Shown piece after piece: positions 61,868 to 64,000 of a stretch of DNA of 64,000 nucleotides. How positions within the stretch are numbered: position 1 is the stretch's first letter; each line of letters begins with the position of its first letter. This DNA comes from Flavobacteriaceae bacterium (lineage in GTDB: Bacteria > Bacteroidota > Bacteroidia > Flavobacteriales > Flavobacteriaceae), in NCBI GenBank assembly GCA_965655885.1, contig CBFHIG010000001.1, positions 31,552 to 95,551 of the forward strand. The letters run 5' to 3'. A program made the position numbers and the translations under genes. The notes under the pieces were generated by a model. It was given only the letters and a program-made list of their open reading frames with translations. It did not search any database and was not told where the DNA came from.

Positions 61868-64000
61868 TTAATTAGCTATTTCGCTAAAAAACTTAATTCT
61901 ATAGAGCCGTAACTCTTCTTCTTCATAATCACCATCAAACTCTTCCATAGCTAAATCTATATCTGGAGTTTCAGCATCTTCTAAAAAATATTCATGAATT
62001 TCCTCTTGTTGGTCTTCATCTAGCACCTCATCTATCCAGTAATTTATGTTAAGTCTTGTTCCACTATTAACAATAGCTTCCATTTCCTTAATTAAATCAT
62101 TCATTTCCATTTTTTTTGCATCGGCAATGTCTGTTAAAGGTAGTTTTTTATCAACATTCGTTATAATGTACAATTTAAGTGCACTATTAGAACCTGTAGA
62201 TTTTACAATGAAATCGTCTGGACGCATCACTTCATTTTCTTCAACGTAGGTCTTAATGATTTTAATAAAAGTTTCTCCATATTTTTTTGCTTTTCCCTCT
62301 CCTACGCCGTGTACATTGGCTAATTCGTTTATAGAAAGCGGATATTTTAAGGCCATATCCTCTAGAGAAGGATCTTGAAAGATAACAAACGGAGGTAATT
62401 TTAATTGATCTGCTACTTTTTTTCTTTGAGATTTTAAAATTGCGAAAAGCTTTTCATCAGCAGCAACTCCTCCTCCTTTTTGATTGGTAACGATATTGTC
62501 GTCATTAGCATCTTTAAAAAAATGATCCTCAGTCATCAAAAATGATTTTGGTTGGTCTAAAAAAGCCAATCCAAGTTCAGTGATTTTTATTAAACCATAG
62601 GTTTCAATATCTTTTCTCAAAAAACCAGCGACTAATAGTTGACGTAATAATGCCATCCAGTAATTAGCTTCGCGTTCAGAACCAGAGCCAAAGAAATCTT
62701 GATTTTCAGTTCTATGAGACTTAATTAGAGCATTGGAATGCCCAATTAGAACATTAACAACCTCTTTAGATTTATAGCGTTCGTTGGTTTTGGCAACTAC
62801 ATTTAATAATTTAACAACTTCTGGCTTTGCTTCATTTTTTTTCTTTGGAAATTTCATATTATCATCCATATCACCACCAGCTCCAGTTTCATTATCAAAT
62901 TTTTCTCCAAAATAATGTAAAATAAATTTTCTTCTCGAAACAGACGTTTCAGCAAAGGCAACAACTTCTTGTAATAATGCGTGACCAATTTCTTGCTCTG
63001 CCACGGGTTTACCACTCATAAATTTTTCAAGCTTTTCAATATCCTTATACGAATAATAGGCAAGGCAAATACCTTCGCCTCCGTCCCTGCCAGCTCTACC
63101 GGTCTCTTGGTAGTAACTTTCAATACTTTTCGGTATATCATTATGTATTACAAATCGAACATCTGGTTTATCGATTCCCATTCCAAAAGCAATTGTAGCG
63201 ACCACAACATCAATATCTTCCATTAAGAACATGTCCTGATGTTTTACTCTAGTTTTAGAATCTAAGCCAGCATGATAAGGGACTGCTTTGATTCCATTAA
63301 CCTGAAGTGCTTGGGAAAGTTCCTCTACACGTTTGCGACTAAGACAATAAACAATACCACTTTTCCCATCATGTTTTTTAATAAAACGGATGATATCTGC
63401 ATCAACATTTTTAGTTTTTGGTCGCACCTCATAATAGAGATTAGGTCTATTAAAAGAGGCTTTAAATGTATTCGCATTTTGAATACCTAGATTTTTTAGA
63501 ATATCCTCTTGTACTTTTGGAGTAGCTGTAGCTGTTAAACCAATTTTTGGTATATTTTCTCCAATACGTTCAATTATTTTTTTTAGATTTCTATATTCTG
63601 GTCTAAAATCGTGCCCCCACTCACTAATACAATGAGCTTCGTCAATAGCAACAAAGGAAATCTTTACCGATTGTAAAAATTCTACGTTTTCATCTTTTGT
63701 TAATGATTCTGGGGCAACATATAATAATTTTGTAATTCCAGATTCGATATCAAACTTAACTTGTTTAACTTCAGTTTTATTTAAAGAAGAATTCAAAACA
63801 TGCGCAACACCAACTTCTGAGGATAAAGATCTCAATGCATCAACCTGATTTTTCATTAAAGCAATTAAGGGAGATACGACTATAGCTGTGCCTTCTTGCA
63901 TAAATGCAGGAAGTTGATAACATAAGGACTTGCCACCTCCAGTAGGCATAATTACAAAAGCATCTTTTTTTGCTAAAACGCTTTTTATGACCTCTTCTTG
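61868..64000 (-). CDS. recQ: ATP-dependent DNA helicase RecQ (5' end beyond window)
   Basis: MPTGGGKSLCYQLP, DEAHC.SEWGHDFRP and QETGRAGRDG, plus RQC and HRDC regions; frame open to the window end. Confidence 0.96.
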   Translation of the reverse strand, partial: QEEVIKSVLAKKDAFVIMPTGGGKSLCYQLPAFMQEGTAIVVSPLIALMKNQVDALRSLSSEVGVAHVLNSSLNKTEVKQVKFDIESGITKLLYVAPESLTKDENVEFLQSVKISFVAIDEAHCISEWGHDFRPEYRNLKKIIERIGENIPKIGLTATATPKVQEDILKNLGIQNANTFKASFNRPNLYYEVRPKTKNVDADIIRFIKKHDGKSGIVYCLSRKRVEELSQALQVNGIKAVPYHAGLDSKTRVKHQDMFLMEDIDVVVATIAFGMGIDKPDVRFVIHNDIPKSIESYYQETGRAGRDGGEGICLAYYSYKDIEKLEKFMSGKPVAEQEIGHALLQEVVAFAETSVSRRKFILHYFGEKFDNETGAGGDMDDNMKFPKKKNEAKPEVVKLLNVVAKTNERYKSKEVVNVLIGHSNALIKSHRTENQDFFGSGSEREANYWMALLRQLLVAGFLRKDIETYGLIKITELGLAFLDQPKSFLMTEDHFFKDANDDNIVTNQKGGGVAADEKLFAILKSQRKKVADQLKLPPFVIFQDPSLEDMALKYPLSINELANVHGVGEGKAKKYGETFIKIIKTYVEENEVMRPDDFIVKSTGSNSALKLYIITNVDKKLPLTDIADAKKMEMNDLIKEMEAIVNSGTRLNINYWIDEVLDEDQQEEIHEYFLEDAETPDIDLAMEEFDGDYEEEELRLYRIKFFSEIAN

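Noticed and set aside
575-63490. Many short antisense or alternate-frame ORFs inside long genes (e.g. 1840-2262, 28034-28402, 59066-59431)
   Set aside because: Fully overlap well-supported genes and have typical shadow-ORF composition

Overview
AT-rich, densely packed chromosomal segment of a Flavobacteriaceae (Bacteroidota) bacterium, probably marine. Lineage evidence: TAnnTTTG promoter elements, A-rich translation starts without Shine-Dalgarno sequences, and a T9SS sorting domain. Most of the window is core genome: envelope genes (mlaD-like, amidase, lptD, tamB, kdsB/kdnB), tsaD, rsmE, gyrA, clpC, hutH, gcvT, rsmD, rnpB, dnaX, miaE, ppx/sixA, pdxH, rnz, pyrB/pyrR, rpsA and recQ, plus tRNA-Ser(GCT), tRNA-Pro(TGG) and tRNA-Arg(TCT). 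Two accessory zones stand out. (1) About 18.0-22.6 kb, downstream of tRNA-Arg, holds a self-contained operon of three small orphan ORFs (two missing from the ORF track) behind 21-bp-phased repeats, a DUF285 lipoprotein and a 26-aa membrane peptide. (2) 51.7-54.8 kb holds an MbnP-like/MbnH-like di-heme pair with a T9SS-sorted YHYH protein, between rnz and pdxH. Probable recoding signals: an A13 slippage site at the dnaX gamma/tau boundary and two genes that seem to need non-canonical (ATC) starts. No CRISPR array, integrase, transposase or rRNA was seen. All calls come from motif recognition; no database searches were run.
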